NCBI GenBank assembly: GCA_052327205.1
Contig: CM126219.1
Coordinates: 60,264,001-60,328,000, forward strand
Length of the DNA: 64,000 nt
Reading direction: 5' to 3'
DNA from: Somniosus microcephalus
Lineage: Eukaryota
Shown here: positions 40,511 to 53,503 of the stretch, one piece after another
How the letters are laid out: every line of letters starts with the position of its first letter
Numbering within the stretch: the first letter of the stretch is position 1
The notes under the pieces: model-generated
Databases searched by the model: none
What the model was told of the DNA's origin: nothing
Seen by the model: the letters and a program-made list of their open reading frames with translations, nothing else
Position numbers and translations under genes: made by a program

Positions 40511-40974
40511 TATTCTGGTGCACTCTGGTTTGTAGTTCATAAAAACGGAGGCAACCCTGGAGTGGATTTTCCTAGACTTAGACTGCAGAGTATGCTGTAG
40601 AATTAATCAGCGTCCTCTTAGATCCCCGCTACTAATAATTTTAGGTTGAGTATTGGGTTGGGGAAGTTAAAATATTTTCCAGTTCAGTCCGTAGTATAGC
40701 ATAAAAACTTAAAGTTGAGCAAAATCATGTATCTTACTGAGTTTTGCAATAGTACCTTGTAGCTTAATTGGGTCCCTTTTAAGCGTCATGACCGTCTTTT
40801 TAAAAAAAAAAAAACACCGCAACAAAGCATGTCAGAGGATTTTATTAGTAATTTTCACCTGTCTCTCTCAGACCAAGCTTTGGGTAACGAGTTCAGTTAC
40901 CTTTGTTTCTTTAATGTTGGATGTCTGCTTGCTGTTTTCACTTCACTTAAATTAATTTTCCTCTTTGTCCTCAG

Positions 40975-41148
40975 AAATGCACATTCCCATGGAGGCCAGT
41001 ATAATGCCATTGTGCAGCAGCCATCTTTGTTGGCTGGTCATGTGACCTTAGCTGCACAGCCCCTGAATGTTGGTGTCGCCCATGTGGTCCGCCAGCAGCA
41101 AAACCCCAGGTCTTCCTCCAAAAGGAACAAACCGTTTCACAACACAAG
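40975..41148 (+). CDS. HIPK1: HIPK1 exon (174 nt): [57 protein letters not shown](R)
   Basis: cctcag acceptor, AAG|gtaaaa donor, [10 protein letters not shown] motif. Confidence 0.95.
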
Positions 41149-41445
41149 GTAAAATGTCTGCACGTAGCACGTTAAAAGTGTAATCCAGTCATGTATCAAA
41201 TTGATGTGCTTAAAGTGGCCGAGTTCAGATACACTACATTTCGGGTATAATACCTGGCACTAAGAAAGTACACTGCCTTTTGTGGAATTGGTCCCTAGAG
41301 ACCAGAAAGGTTCCAGATTGGTTCCCTAGTTTGTGCTGAGCTAGCCTCAGCAAACCTGGGTTATGGAAGGGAGGTATCAGCTAGGTTTTCTGCATTAGAT
41401 TGCAAGTGTGTTTCTACATAATGGATAAGTACCAGATAGAGCTTA

Positions 41446-42175
41446 ACATAGAAACATAGAAGCTAGGAGCAGGAGTAGGCCATTCGGCCCCTCGAGCCTG
41501 CTCCGCCATTCAATGCTGATCATCCAAATTCAGTACCCAGTTCCTGCTTTCTCCCCATACCCCTTGATCCCTTTAGCCTTAAGAAATATATCCAACTCCT
41601 TCTTGAATATATTTAATGTATTGGACTCTACTGCCTTCTGTGGTAGAGAACTCCACAGGTTCACCACTCTCTGGGTGAAGAAATTCCTCCTCATTTCTGT
41701 CCTAAATGGCCTACCCCTTATCCTTAGACTGTGACCCCTGGTTCTGTATTCCCCGACCATCGGGAGCATCCTTCCTGCATCTAGTCTGTCCAGTCCTGTC
41801 AGAATTTTATAAGTTTCAATGAGATCCCCTCTCCTTCTAAACTCCGAGTATAAGCCCAATCGACCCAATCTCTCCTCATACGTCATTCCTGCCAGGTATC
41901 AGCCTGGTGAATCTTCGCTGAACTCCTTCCATGGCAAGAACATCCTTCCTCAGATAAGGCGACCAAAACTGCACACAATACTCAAGATGTGGTCTCACCA
42001 AGGCCCTGTATAACTGCAGCAAGACATCCTTGTTCCTGTACTCAAATCCCCTTGCTACGGAGGCCAACATACCATTTGCCTTCTTATAACCGCCTGCTGC
42101 ACCTGCATGCTTACCTTCAGCGACTGGTGCACAAGGACACCCAGGTCTCGTTGCACTTCCCCTTCTCCCAATCTA
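41446..42175 (-). mobile_element. Young CR1 LINE 3' fragment
   Basis: LVRPHLEYCVQFWSP, RRNFFTQRVV peptides; (TTCTATGT)n tail. Confidence 0.93.
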
Positions 42176-42334
42176 TTAATAATGTCTGTCTGTCTTCACT
42201 ACCCTCCCCACATCCTCAGTTGAAAAACAAGTGACAAATAATGTCCAGATTCGCATGAAAATGGAGCACGTGGACCCATGGATCCAGGCCCAGAACATGT
42301 CCGTACCTTTAGGAGCAATTTGCATCTCTGTTCT

Positions 42335-42542
42335 GTGCTCAGCTGGGGGAAGTGGGGCTGGTGCTCAGCTGGGGGAAGTGGGGCTGGTGCTCAGCTGGGG
42401 GAAGTGGGGCTGGTGCTCAGCTGGGGGAAGTGGGGCTGGTGCTCAGCTGGGGGAAGTGGGGCTGGTGCTCAGCTGGGGGAAGTGGGGCTGGTGCTCAGCT
42501 GGGGGAAGTGGGGCTGGTGCTCAGCTGGGGGAAGTGGGGCTG
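42335..42542. repeat. Minisatellite, 8 perfect copies of 26-bp GTGCTCAGCTGGGGGAAGTGGGGCTG
   Basis: Read directly from the sequence. Confidence 0.97.
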
Positions 42543-43859
42543 GTTGGTCGGAGTACTGCAGCATTTGGGCACTGAAGGGGAAAATGAGCCAAGATCTCCA
42601 CATCAAGATCAAGTGATCCTCTTGTTGCAAACAGGTTCTAGGTCAGCTGTGATGCCCCAGAACAATGAACTCACCAACACTTGCTTTCAAAACTTACACA
42701 TGAACAAGGGCCATTGGAGGAAGGTGCAGAGGGCAGCTACACCTGAGGAAATGTGTCCCAACAAGCATTAATTACCTTTGGGGTGGGTGGTGGGTAAAAA
42801 ACAGTTGCAACAAAAAAAACCAATTCAAACATGCAAAATTTGCCAATACATTAAAGAAAAATCCAAAAATAAAATTCTCATTTCAATACAAATTACTAAA
42901 TTCTGAAGTATCCTTATGTCTAATTGTATAACAGAATTTAAATCCTAAATCACAAGGCGGGCAGAATAATAGATCTCAATACAGTGTGGGCTACAGATTA
43001 TTTTGAAAGACAGAATTTATATTAAACTCTTGGAGAACAGTTTGCAGGGGAAATGTGGTAGAATTTGTAGGTCACTGTGAAGACATAGGTACTGGAAGTG
43101 GTTTCTTTTGCAAAGCTTAATTAAGGTGTAAGTTTCTGGCAAAAAGTACACATACAGTAAACACACGCTGAGTAATTAAAAAATTACGATCAAGTATCCA
43201 TTTTCTGTGCATGCGAGGAATGTTCCTGCTGCACGGTTTTACGATGTGTAGTGTTCTGTTTCAGGAATGCATTCAATCTTCTAATATGCTATGGGGAACT
43301 TTAAAAAAATTTCCTCGGAATATCGACTTTCTTAGGCAGAGGTGGTGGGTTGGAAAGTTATTTTTATTGCATAGTATTAATTAGTGGATAGTGAAGTGGA
43401 TAAAACTGTTCCTGTGGAATAAACAATTACTTATTTTGCACTTTTAAAAAATTAGAGACAGTGAAGGAATCGTTTCTAATTTAATAAATGTTTAAAATGC
43501 CTTTGTAGGAACAATTGGACTTGGTAGCTTAAAATATTTCCTAAAAGTTATACCAAAAATAAATTCTGCTTTGAAAGAGTTGAGTAGAAATCAAAGATCT
43601 AGAAAGTATGCAAAAGTAAGAATTTGGAAACTCAATGTAAATCAATTTAGAAATTGAAGTCATAAATTTTTGTGCAACATCTCCAGACTGATTGCTTTGT
43701 TAAATATTCTGCCTTCTCTGCTTATACTAAAGTAAATGGTTAAAATATTGATAAAGGTACCATCTGCAGGTAGATGTTGCACTGAAAACTTGCACATTAT
43801 ATAAATGAAGCCAATGCATGTCTTTAATTTCTAATATGTAGGCTATTCATGCACAAAAA

Positions 43860-44235
43860 ATCCCAGCTCCTCAGTGGTTGAGTTGGCAGCATGTAGCTGA
43901 TCCATATAAACCAGAAGGTCACTGGTTCCATTTCTGGTCTATGCTGTGTCGGCTGATGTCCACTGGGGAGGGGCGGGGGCAGTAGGGACAGTCCAGTTGG
44001 CCTCACTGCCCCTGCATTAGGGAGGGAGAAATCAGCCAGGGTTCTTGCTCCTTACCACTATCCAGTGCCCTTTGTTGGTAAGTGCATGTGTGAAGACAGG
44101 TTCAGGTTTGGCTGTGGTTGAACAGTCTGCCAACACTCACCAACTAGTCTCACACATGAAGAATGGCTGCTTAGACCCAGTTCTGGTGGACACTCAGCAC
44201 CTGTGGAACTACCCAGCAGGAGTCAGCCTCTTCAA
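43860..44235 (+). mobile_element. Old tRNA-derived SINE; degenerate relatives near 3410, 22240, 23560-23950, 36460, 41280, 45800-46060
   Basis: Degenerate tRNA-like head (gctcctcagtggtt...gaaggtcactggttccattt) and a body recurring in both orientations. Confidence 0.6.
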
Positions 44236-44566
44236 GAAAAGGGGAGAGCAGAAAAGGAAAGAAATAAACAAAAAGAATACTCTTAACAAAATAGTTTATT
44301 TTATAAGGAGTGGTATTTGATACTCTATTTGAATTTGAAACTGCAGATAATGAGCCTCGAGTTAAATAACATCTAAAGCGCATGCATTGTGTATTCACCA
44401 TTTTCTATATGAAGTGCAGCAGATGTATGGTGAGTTATTGTAGATGGTCCCTTTTCAGTTATGTTGTCAAAAGCAATTGGAAAATCCCTGAAATTTGCCT
44501 CGTACTCTAGACATGATGAATTGCCAACACTAATTTTAAAGCCAGTTGCAACCAAATGACCACGTA

Positions 44567-44887
44567 CAGGAAAGTTTTTATTTTATCCGGCACGGACGGG
44601 ACCGACGTGCCGGTTCATCAAAAATTCCAGATAACCGAACGCTATAGTAAAAGATACGGAGCTGAGAGCTCCGTATAAAGCAACAAACCCTGTTGCTTAG
44701 CAACAGCTTCAGAACAATGGGCACAAGTTGCAAGCGTCTCTGTAGCTTAGCAACAACTGCAGCCACACCCTTGCACAGCAACAAATGGAGTAAAAAAAAG
44801 TAATAAGTTACCTGAACCTACTCCTGAATTTTGCCGGTTAACCGAGATTTCCGGTTATTTAGGTGCCGGTTAATCGAAAGTTTCCTG
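44567..44887 (-). mobile_element. Tigger/pogo-like MITE, copy 4 (inverted, second subfamily)
   Basis: TA-CAGGAAAGTTTT...AAAGTTTCCTG-TA; very similar to 53792-54110. Confidence 0.9.
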
Positions 44888-45137
44888 TATAAAGGAATGT
44901 ATGGACTTGCATTGTTAACTTTTGGTGCAGTGCACTAACGGTATGTTTAGTCTCAATGTACAGTGAGCTCAGTGTAGCCTCTTACAAAATGATACTTCTG
45001 TGTAAAATTGAAACTAGTTTGTTAATGACTTTTCTTGAACGGGGTTTGAGCAACAAATTTAGCTGATAATTTTAAACTTTAAATCTTTTTTCCCTGGTTT
45101 CCACAATAAATTTGACTGTTACTTAATGCTCTACCAG

Positions 45138-45347
45138 AAATGTTCCTGTGTTGGATGTCGCTCCCTCCCAAACGTACATGGTGGTTCAGAACAGTCCTGC
45201 AAGTGCACCCTCCCCATACTGCGGCACAACGCTTGATCATCAGCGACAGACCATTGTGATTCCTGACACACCCAGTCCTGCTGTCAGCGTTATCACCATC
45301 CGCAGTGACACCGATGAGGAGGAAGAAACTAAACAGAAACTTGGGAG
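45138..45347 (+). CDS. HIPK1: HIPK1 exon (210 nt) with SUMO-interacting/PEST segment: ...[34 protein letters not shown](S)
   Basis: taccag acceptor, GAG|gtaggt donor, [14 protein letters not shown] motif. Confidence 0.95.
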
Positions 45348-46393
45348 GTAGGTGGATCTCTGTACAGTCATGAACAATTACAGGAGATGGATAGCAGTCA
45401 CCCTATTGTAGCAAGTTAGAACACTGCCCACACTACTTCCAAGTGCAACCCATGTAGAGAAAGCTCGCTTGATTTTGGAGGGAAGGGGGGCGGGTTAAGC
45501 ACATGTAAGTGTGCTCTGTTGTTTGTCAGAACATGGTTCATTCACCTTAGAACCTGCCTTTAGGTTGACTTGTTAGTATTTTACCTGTGGATCCTGGCTG
45601 CAATCAAATCCAATACAAAGATTCTTTGTTGTTTTTCTGTAAATGTCACTGCAAATGTAAATACTTCACATTAGTAATAAAATAAGTTTTATGATATTGG
45701 AGTTGACAAATTTAAATCTCCCAAGATTCGACAGTAACGTGAGTGACCGATAGTGGTACTTTTAACTACTTTTGTCGAGTTTCTTAGCTTTTCCCCTAGC
45801 TTGAAGTGGTGACCCCTGCTGGAGTGTGATCTACAAGTGGCACCCACCCTGTGATACTTCAACCAGTTAGCCATTCTTCATGAGCCTAGACATAGTGTTG
45901 GCAAGCTCCTGATCTTAGGCAAAGAAGCATCATAGTTGAGCTCGATGTCGTTCTTGCCTGACTTCCACACCCACTCCGTGGATAGTGATCAAGAACAGGA
46001 ATCTTGCTTGTGTTTTAGCTAACCCAGCACAGATCAAACTTTTGAAATTGGGATTGTTCTGGTCAACAACAACACCGTGCATTTCTATAGAACTCTTTAT
46101 GTGCAGGAAGACTTATCAAAACAATTTATTATTAGGATGGCAAAATAAGGGGTATTGAGGAAAATGGAGGTCAAACCAATGGAAATATATTAAGTATTAC
46201 TGTTCCAGCGTCCATTTCTAGCAGTTAAGATTGTAGAAGTATTGGGATAGCCTGACTACCTCAGTGTCAGGAATTTAATGCAGCACTAAAATTTTTTTTT
46301 TTTTTTAAAGACCTGATTGTACATAATATTGACTCTCTGGTTTAACAACATCTACATAAAACCTAAACAACTTTTTTTTCCTTTTCTCCTCAG

Positions 46394-46644
46394 CTCTGGT
46401 GTGAAACAGAGATCAAATGTCATCAGTTATGTCACTGTCCATGATTCTTTAGAATCTGACTCCTCAAATAGTAACAGTCCCTATCCATGTGAACGCCCTC
46501 GAGCAACGCACGTCATCAGCAGTACACAGGAAGTCTCTAAAAGAACATTGGATGCCTGTCATACTTCTGGATCTCGCACCATCATCGTACAGCCTTTGAA
46601 GGCACAAGTCAGTGAGAGTATGGGAGAAAGCAACAGTTTGTCAG
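46394..46644 (+). CDS. HIPK1: HIPK1 exon (251 nt): SGVKQRSNVISYVTVHDSLESDSS...RTIIVQPLKAQVSESMGESNSLS(G)
   Basis: cctcag acceptor, CAG|gtagga donor, NVISYVTV and RTIIVxPLK motifs. Confidence 0.95.
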
Positions 46645-47560
46645 GTAGGAATGTAATTGTCTGTGTACTAATGTGCTTCCAACATTTCAAAATTGTAGTA
46701 ATCTTTGTCAGATCATTTTATCTTTGCTTCAAAACTTACTCTGCATCGATGAAAATCCAAAGTGTGTCATTGAATATAGAACTGGTTTTGTCATATGAGC
46801 TTTTTCAACCCGAGACACACCAGGGACATCCAAATCAGACTGTATTTCCATTTATAATTTTTAAAATTTTAAATATACAAATTGCGATTCCTTTCTTTTC
46901 ATCCCTTCCCCTTGACTTTTTTTGTCTCCCTCCCGTAAAAATATGGGGGGTGATTTTGCCAATTCTGCTGCTCGTCAGGTTTCAGTCCCGCCTCCATCGA
47001 CGTCTGGCCAACCCACGCTATTTTCCCTTGATTGACCGAGCTTAGCAGGCCAATTAAGGGAAAGCCAGTGACGAAACGTCATACACTGACGTTCTATCTG
47101 TCAATTTTTGACAGATGAATTATCATCGTTTGACAGCTTTGAGAAGCTGTCAAACACTGACATTCTCTGTTGTTTGGTGAGTTCTTGTACTCAAGGCTCA
47201 CCAAACCTATTTCCTGAGCAGAAAGCAGATGGCTGTTGCATTGGAGAATGCAGCAGCCATTCTGTCATCTCTGCCGTGGAGATGCCGGAGCCTCCAGATC
47301 CCCAATGATTGAAGCCTGCAGAAAGAAACAAAAGTAAGTAAACTTTTTCGAACACTTTTCACTCACCTCACATACTTCCCTCTCCACACTTGCACACATC
47401 ACTCACTTCCACAGATCACTCACTTCCACAGCGCACTTTTGGACCCCTCTCAGACCCACTGCTCCCCTCGCTGACCCTGGCGAGGTTTCCCGATGTCGGG
47501 AAGCCCGCACCTCTTGGAAAAATGGGGATAATCCTCTTAACTGCCTGTTAACTACCTGTT

Positions 47561-50460
47561 ATAGATATGTGAAGAGAAAAAGATTAGTGAAGTCAAGCAT
47601 GGGTCCCTTGCAGTCAGAATCAGGGGAATTTATAATGGGGAACAAAGAAATGGCAGACCAATTAAATACATATATTGGTTCTGTCTTCACAATGGAGGAC
47701 ATAGATAACCTCCCAGAGATGTCGGGGAACATAGGGTCTGATGAAAGGGAGGAACTGAAAGAAATCAGTATTTGTAGGGAAATGGTATTGGGGAAATTGA
47801 CAGGATTGAAGGCCGATAAATCCCCAGGGCCTGATAATCTACATCCTAGGGTACTTAAGGAAGTGGCCCTAGAAATAGTAAATGCATTTCTGATCATCTT
47901 CCAACATTTGATGGAATCTGGAACAGTACCCATGGATTGGAGGGTAGCTAATGTTACCCCACAGAGTTGGGATAAATGGTTCGTTCTTGGGCTGGCAATC
48001 AGTAACCAGTGGTGGTCCGCAGGGGTCAGTGCTGGGACCCCAACTCTTTACAATCTATATTAACGATTTGGAGGAAGGGACCGAGTGCAACATAGCCAAG
48101 TTTGCCGACGATACAAAGATGGGAGGGAAAGCAGTGAGTGAGGCGGACATAAAAAACCTGCAAAAGGACATAGACAGGCTAAGTGAGTGGGCAGAGATTT
48201 GGCAGATGCAATATAATGTTGGAAAGTGTGAGGTTATGCACTTTGGCAGAAAAAATCAAAGAGCAAGTTATTATCTAAATGGAGAGAAACTGCAAAGTGC
48301 TACAGTACAAAGGGATCTGGGGGTCCTGGTGCATGAAACACAAAAAGTTAGTATGCAGGTGCCGCAGGTGACCAGGAAGGCCAATGGAATCTTGGCTTTT
48401 ATTGCAAGGGGGATGGAGTATAAAAACAGGGAAGTCTTGCTTCAGTATACAGGGTATTGGTGAGGCCACACCTGGAATACTGCGTGCAGTTTTGGTTTCC
48501 ATATTTAAGAAAAGATATACTTGCTCTCGAGGCGGTTCAGAGAAGGTTCACTCGGTTGATTCCGGAGATGAGGGGGTTGACGTATGAGGAAAGGTTGAGT
48601 AGGTTGGGACTCTACTCATTGGAGTTCAGAAGAATGAGAGGCGATCTTATCGAAACATATAAGATTGTGAGGGGGCTTGATCGGGTGGATGCGGTGAGGA
48701 GGTTTCCACTGATGGGTGAGACTAGAACTAGGGGGCATAATCTTAGAATAAGGGGCTGCCCTTTCAAAACTGAGATGAGGAGAAACTTCTTCACTCAGAG
48801 GGTAGTAAATCTATGGAATTTGCTACCCCAGAGAGCTGTGGAAGCTGCAACATTAAATACATTTAAAATGGAGATAGACAGTTTCCTAACTGATAAGGGA
48901 ATTAGGGGTTACGGGGAAAGGGCAGCGAAGTGGACGTGAGTCTAGATTCGGATCAGCCATGATCCTATTGAATGGCGGAGCAGGCCCGAGGGGCCGCATG
49001 GCCTGCTCCTACTTCTTATTTATGTTCTTAATTATTTAAAAAAGGTGGTAGAGAGAAAACGGGGAATTACAGACCGGTAGACTGACATCAGTAGTGGGGA
49101 AAATGCTAGAGTCCATTATAAAAGATGTAATAGCAGAGCACTTGGAAAACAGTGACAGGATCGGACAAAGTCAACATGGATTTACAAAAGGTAAATCATG
49201 CTTGACTAATCTACTGGAATTTTTTGAGGATGTAACTGGTAGAATAGATAAGGGAGATCCAGTGGATGTGTATTTGGACTTTCAAAAGGCTTTCGATAAG
49301 GTCCCGCATAAGAGATTAGCGTGTAAAGTTAAGGCACATGGGATTGGGGGCAAGGTATTGACTTGGATAGAGAACTAGTTGGCAGACAGAAAGCAAAGAG
49401 TTGGAATAAACGGGTCTTTTTCCGAGTGGCAGGCAGTGACTAGTGGGGTACCGCAGGGATCGGTCCTTGGACCCCAGCTATTCACAATATATATTAATGA
49501 TCTCGACAAGGGAACTAGATGTAATCTCTCCAAGTTTGCAGACGAGACAAAGCTGGGTGGGCGTGTGTGCTGTGAGGAGGATGCTGAGAAACTCCAGTAT
49601 GATTTGGACAGGTTGGGTGATTGGGCAGAAGCATGGCAGATGCAGTATAATGTGGATAAATGCGAGGTTATCCACTTTGGTGTCAAAAACAGGAAGGCAG
49701 ATTATTATCTGAATGGCAATAAATTGGGAGAAGGGGAAGTGCAACGAGACCTGTGTGTCCTTGTGCACCAGTCGCTGAAGGTAAGCATGCAGATGCAGCA
49801 GGCGGTTAAGAAGGCAAATGGTATGTTGGCCTTTGTAGCGAGAGGGTTTGAGTACAGGAACAAGGATGTCTTGCTGCAGTTGTACAGGGCCTTGGTGAGA
49901 CCACCCCTAGAGTATTGTGTGCAGTTTTGGTCACCTTATCTGAGGAAGGATGTTCTTGCCATGGAGGGAGGCAACGAAGATTCACCAGGCGGATACCTGG
50001 GATGGCAGGAATGACGTATGAGGAGAGATTGGGCCGATTGGGCTTATACTCGCTGGAGTTTAGAAGACTGAGAGGGGATCTCATTGAAACTTATAAAATT
50101 CTGACAGGACTGGACAGACTAGATGCAGGAAGGATGTTCCCGATGGTCGGGGAGTCCAGAACCAGGGGTCACAGTCTAAGGATAAGGGGTAGGCCATTTA
50201 GGACAGAAATGAGGAGGAATTTCTTCACCCAGAGAGTGGTGAACCTGTGGAATTCTCTACCACAGAAGGCAGTAGAGGCCAATTCATTAAATATATTCAA
50301 GAAGGAGTTGGATATATTTCTTAAGGCTAAAGGGATATGGGGAGAAGGCAGGGACAGGGTACTGAGTTTGGATGATCAGCCATGATCGCATTGAATGGCG
50401 GAGTAGGCTCGAGGGGCCGACTGGCCTACTCCTGATCCTATCTTCTATGTTTCTATGTTA
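47561..50460 (+). mobile_element. CR1 LINE (outer), 5'-truncated
   Basis: KSPGPDNLHPRVLKE, QHGFTKGKSCLTNL, GVPQGSVLGP, FADETK peptides; TTCTATGT tail; TGTTA at both junctions. Confidence 0.93.
47962..49030 (+). mobile_element. CR1 LINE (inner, different subfamily) nested in the outer CR1
   Basis: Removing it rejoins ANVTP|LFKKGGREKTGNYRP; has its own FADDTK and 3' tail. Confidence 0.92.
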
Positions 50461-51232
50461 AGTGGCTGTAATCCCCTTCCCGCCTCCAGGAGATGGGACC
50501 CGGCGCGGGTTGGGTACCCGCCTCCTGGGAAGATGGCACGGGGGCGGGTTGGGTTGGGTACCCGCCCCCAGATTCTGCCATTTTCCCTGCAGACCCGCCT
50601 CCCCAGGGCTGGCAAATTCGCCCCATGGTCTCAACTGCTGATGCTGTTGAAGTAACCGCCACCTATTTTTTAGTTGAAAGTAATTACTGCAGTAACCCAT
50701 GACGTGCAGGCCTCCACACTTGTTTAGTGTTCAAAGCTTATTGAGATATGTGTAAACTTCTCTGGTTGTACTAATGTACTGAAACGGAGTACCTATGCAA
50801 TAGCAGCACTGGACCATTATATTTAATTCCCTCTTCCCCAATCCGTCCTTTAGGTTCCTTTTAACCTGTCCACACTACAAAGATATTAATTGCCATTGGG
50901 GGAAAAATTGCTCCTGAATTTCAACAGAAAAAGATCTGAAAATGAGCTGTTCTGAAGCAACGATGGGATTCAACTGTATCCATTTGGTGGAAAAGTACTC
51001 GCGATAGGAAACCCATCCTTACAAAAAGGAAACCCATTGGGTGCTTTGGATTTGGTTTATTGGGGTCCAGATAAATTAGTTTGTGTGGAATTACTCTTGT
51101 TGGAAGTTTGTTCCCCATTTCTCTCCTGTGCTGGCCTGAATTTTTGCTGCCCTCATTGAAGGGAATTGAAGCATGGCATGTGTTTTCAGTAGTGATTTAT
51201 GTACTCACTTCTGTATTTCCTGTGCCCTTTAG

Positions 51233-51345
51233 GCTTTTTTTCGAATGTTTATAAGGCTAAAACAGGCATGCCTATGAGTGGGCAGACTTCGAGCTCAACC
51301 ACACCAAACATGTACCGTCAACGGCAGCCTCTGAACCTCAGTCAG
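51233..51345 (+). CDS. HIPK1: HIPK1 exon (113 nt): FFSNVYKAKTGMPMSGQTSSSTTPNMYRQRQPLNLSQ
   Basis: ctttag acceptor, CAG|gtatgc donor, QPLNLSQ (PxDLS-like) motif, phase 1 to 0 fits its neighbours. Confidence 0.93.
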
Positions 51346-51349
51346 GTAT

Positions 51350-51655
51350 GCAACATTTCCAGTTTCTTAGCATTTATATAGCTCATTTAAAATGACCCAA
51401 GGCGCTTAACAAGAAGGAGATTAATAAAAATATTTTTGACAACAAGCTACATCAGGACAGATGACCAGAAGCTTGGTCAAACAGCGAGGTTTTAAGAAGC
51501 ATCTTCAAGGAGGGGAGAGGTTTCGGGAGGGAATTCCAGAGCTTGGGGCCAAGGCAGCTGAAAGCACAGCCGCCAATGGTGGAGTGATTAAAATCGGTGA
51601 TGGGCAAGAGGCCAGAATTGGGGGAGTGCAGAGATCGCAAAGGCTTGTAGGGCAA
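51350..51655 (-). mobile_element. L2 LINE 3' end directly after an exon donor
   Basis: Reverse complement matches 25360-25645. Confidence 0.85.
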
Positions 51656-52845
51656 TACATATTTTTATTTGGAGGAGAAGCAGTTTATAAAAAAAAAATG
51701 GCCAGCAGACATATACTTCAAGATGTTTCCTGACATTTTTTGCCATGATCCATTTAAAAAGATGCAATAAGGAACATGCTTTTTAGTGGGATATATTTCT
51801 CATAAGAAACATGTCCACCATGATCACTTGCATGAATTTGAAATAAAATAAACATTTCTAAAATAAGTAGGACAAAGAGCAAAGTAATAAATTAGAATAA
51901 AGCTGATTTTAAGGGCGTGAGAATGGAACTGGGGAAAATAAACTGGAAAAAGTTTGGAACTAGGGAAAATAAACTAGAAAATTTTACTGACGGAGAAATA
52001 GAACAGCAGTGGGGAAACATTTAAAACGGTGATCAGTTGAGTCCAGGAGAAATATATCCCACTAAAAAGCAAGAACAAACTAGCCAGTAATGACACGCCA
52101 TGGATGAATAAAGAAATAAGAGCAAAATTGCTACAGAAAAAGGTATACACGAAGTACATATATAGACAATAAAGGAGAGGATGACAAAAGGGAATATGAA
52201 AAAGTTAGGAAAGAAGTCCAAAAAAAAATTAGGAAGGAAAAGAGAAACTAAGAGATTAAATTAAATTATCAAGGAATATAAAAAGAAATAGTGACGTACT
52301 CTACAAACACAAATAACAAAAGAAAAATCAGAATAAGGATAGGGCCACTAAGGGATACACATGATAAACTCACAGGTAATGACCGCGAAATGGCAGAAAT
52401 ATTAAATAATTTCTTTGCCTCGGTATTTACCAGGGAAACTAACATGGTGACATGACTTTAGAAGAAGAGATCAAAAAGGATTTTGCGGTGGGTACTGACG
52501 GCAAACTGTCAGCGTTCGTCGTCATTACCCCTCTGAAACTGACCGCAACTTCAGGATTTAGCGCATGAGAATCTAAACGCGGAAATCCTGAAGATGCGGT
52601 CAGTCATTCACTGCTCCGACACAGGCTGCGTTGTGGACCAGGGAACTACAGACCAGTTACCTTAACAGTGGGAGGAAAATAATGGAATCCTTACTCAAAA
52701 ATGTAATAGAAAAACATCTTAGAAACTGAATATAATAGAGTAGCCAGCACAGATTTCAGAAGGGAAGGTCATGCTTGGCCAACCATACAAAATTCTTTGA
52801 AGAAGTAACAGAAAGGATAGATCAGGGTAATGCAGTGGACGTAAT

Positions 52846-53503
52846 TGCCTGGAGTTTCCACTAGGCTCCACTGGTTTTTTTCAGTGCAATTTGTCTGAAA
52901 TCAGCGAAACCAGCGCAAAAGATCGTGGAATTTTAAACGCAAACTACGTTCAGCGCAACTCGCGCTTCCGCCATCTTTTTGCGTTAATTTAAAACACATT
53001 GTGCTAGAAGCTGGCCCCACCCTCAGATCAAATTAATTGCCATAGTGACACCATTGCGCCCACTTGCGGGCCTTTGAGGAGGCTCTAAAAATTAAGCTGC
53101 TTCTTTTGAGCACGACACCAATAGGCACGGTTTAAAAGCTTTTGAATTAATTTTTTTTAAATTTAATAAAACTGACTATTGTACCCCAATATAACTAGTA
53201 AAGGTTCTGTGTATTTTTTAGTCATTTTCAGTTATTTAAAATTGGTTTATTCACAGGTGGTGGACTAGAAACTGATTAAAATGCTTTTTTTGTGATAAAC
53301 CCATTTTCAGCTGTATTAATCAAACTGTATCAAGGGGAATATTTTTTTAAAGCAAATTTTTAAAAAAAAGTTACGTTCTAAAATGCTGCTCGATTTGCAC
53401 TGGTGCATGGCAATATGCAAATGAGTTTGAGTGGAAACTTGAGGGGGGGAAAAACTGATTTCAAAACTAGTGCAATTTATGTCCAAAGCAGAAACTCTAC
53501 CCC
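52846..53503. mobile_element. Harbinger-like non-autonomous insertion in CR1
   Basis: Ends GCCTGGAGTTTCC / GAAACTCTACCCC; removal restores CR1 VDVIYLDFQKAFD. Confidence 0.7.

Larger units (their letters stand above)
46946..50624. mobile_element. Harbinger-like element (relative of 19683-20484) hosting two nested CR1s
   Basis: TIR GGGGTGATTTTGCCA / TGGCAAATTCGCCCC, ATG on both flanks; internal blocks shared with 19683-20484. Confidence 0.8.

Noticed and set aside
42231-42771. Gly/Trp-rich ORFs in three frames
   Set aside because: Products of the 26-bp minisatellite.
42180-42780. Possible RTE-type LINE remnant around the minisatellite
   Set aside because: Only faint peptide resemblance; too degraded to call without a search.
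46317-47045. 242-aa ORF as an extended or terminal exon
   Set aside because: HIPK similarity is limited to 46394-46644 between good splice sites; the rest is low-complexity intron running into a transposon.
47569-50385. RT ORFs as an active retroelement or tandem-RT gene
   Set aside because: Two nested 5'-truncated CR1s with frameshifts, a stop and no endonuclease or ORF1.
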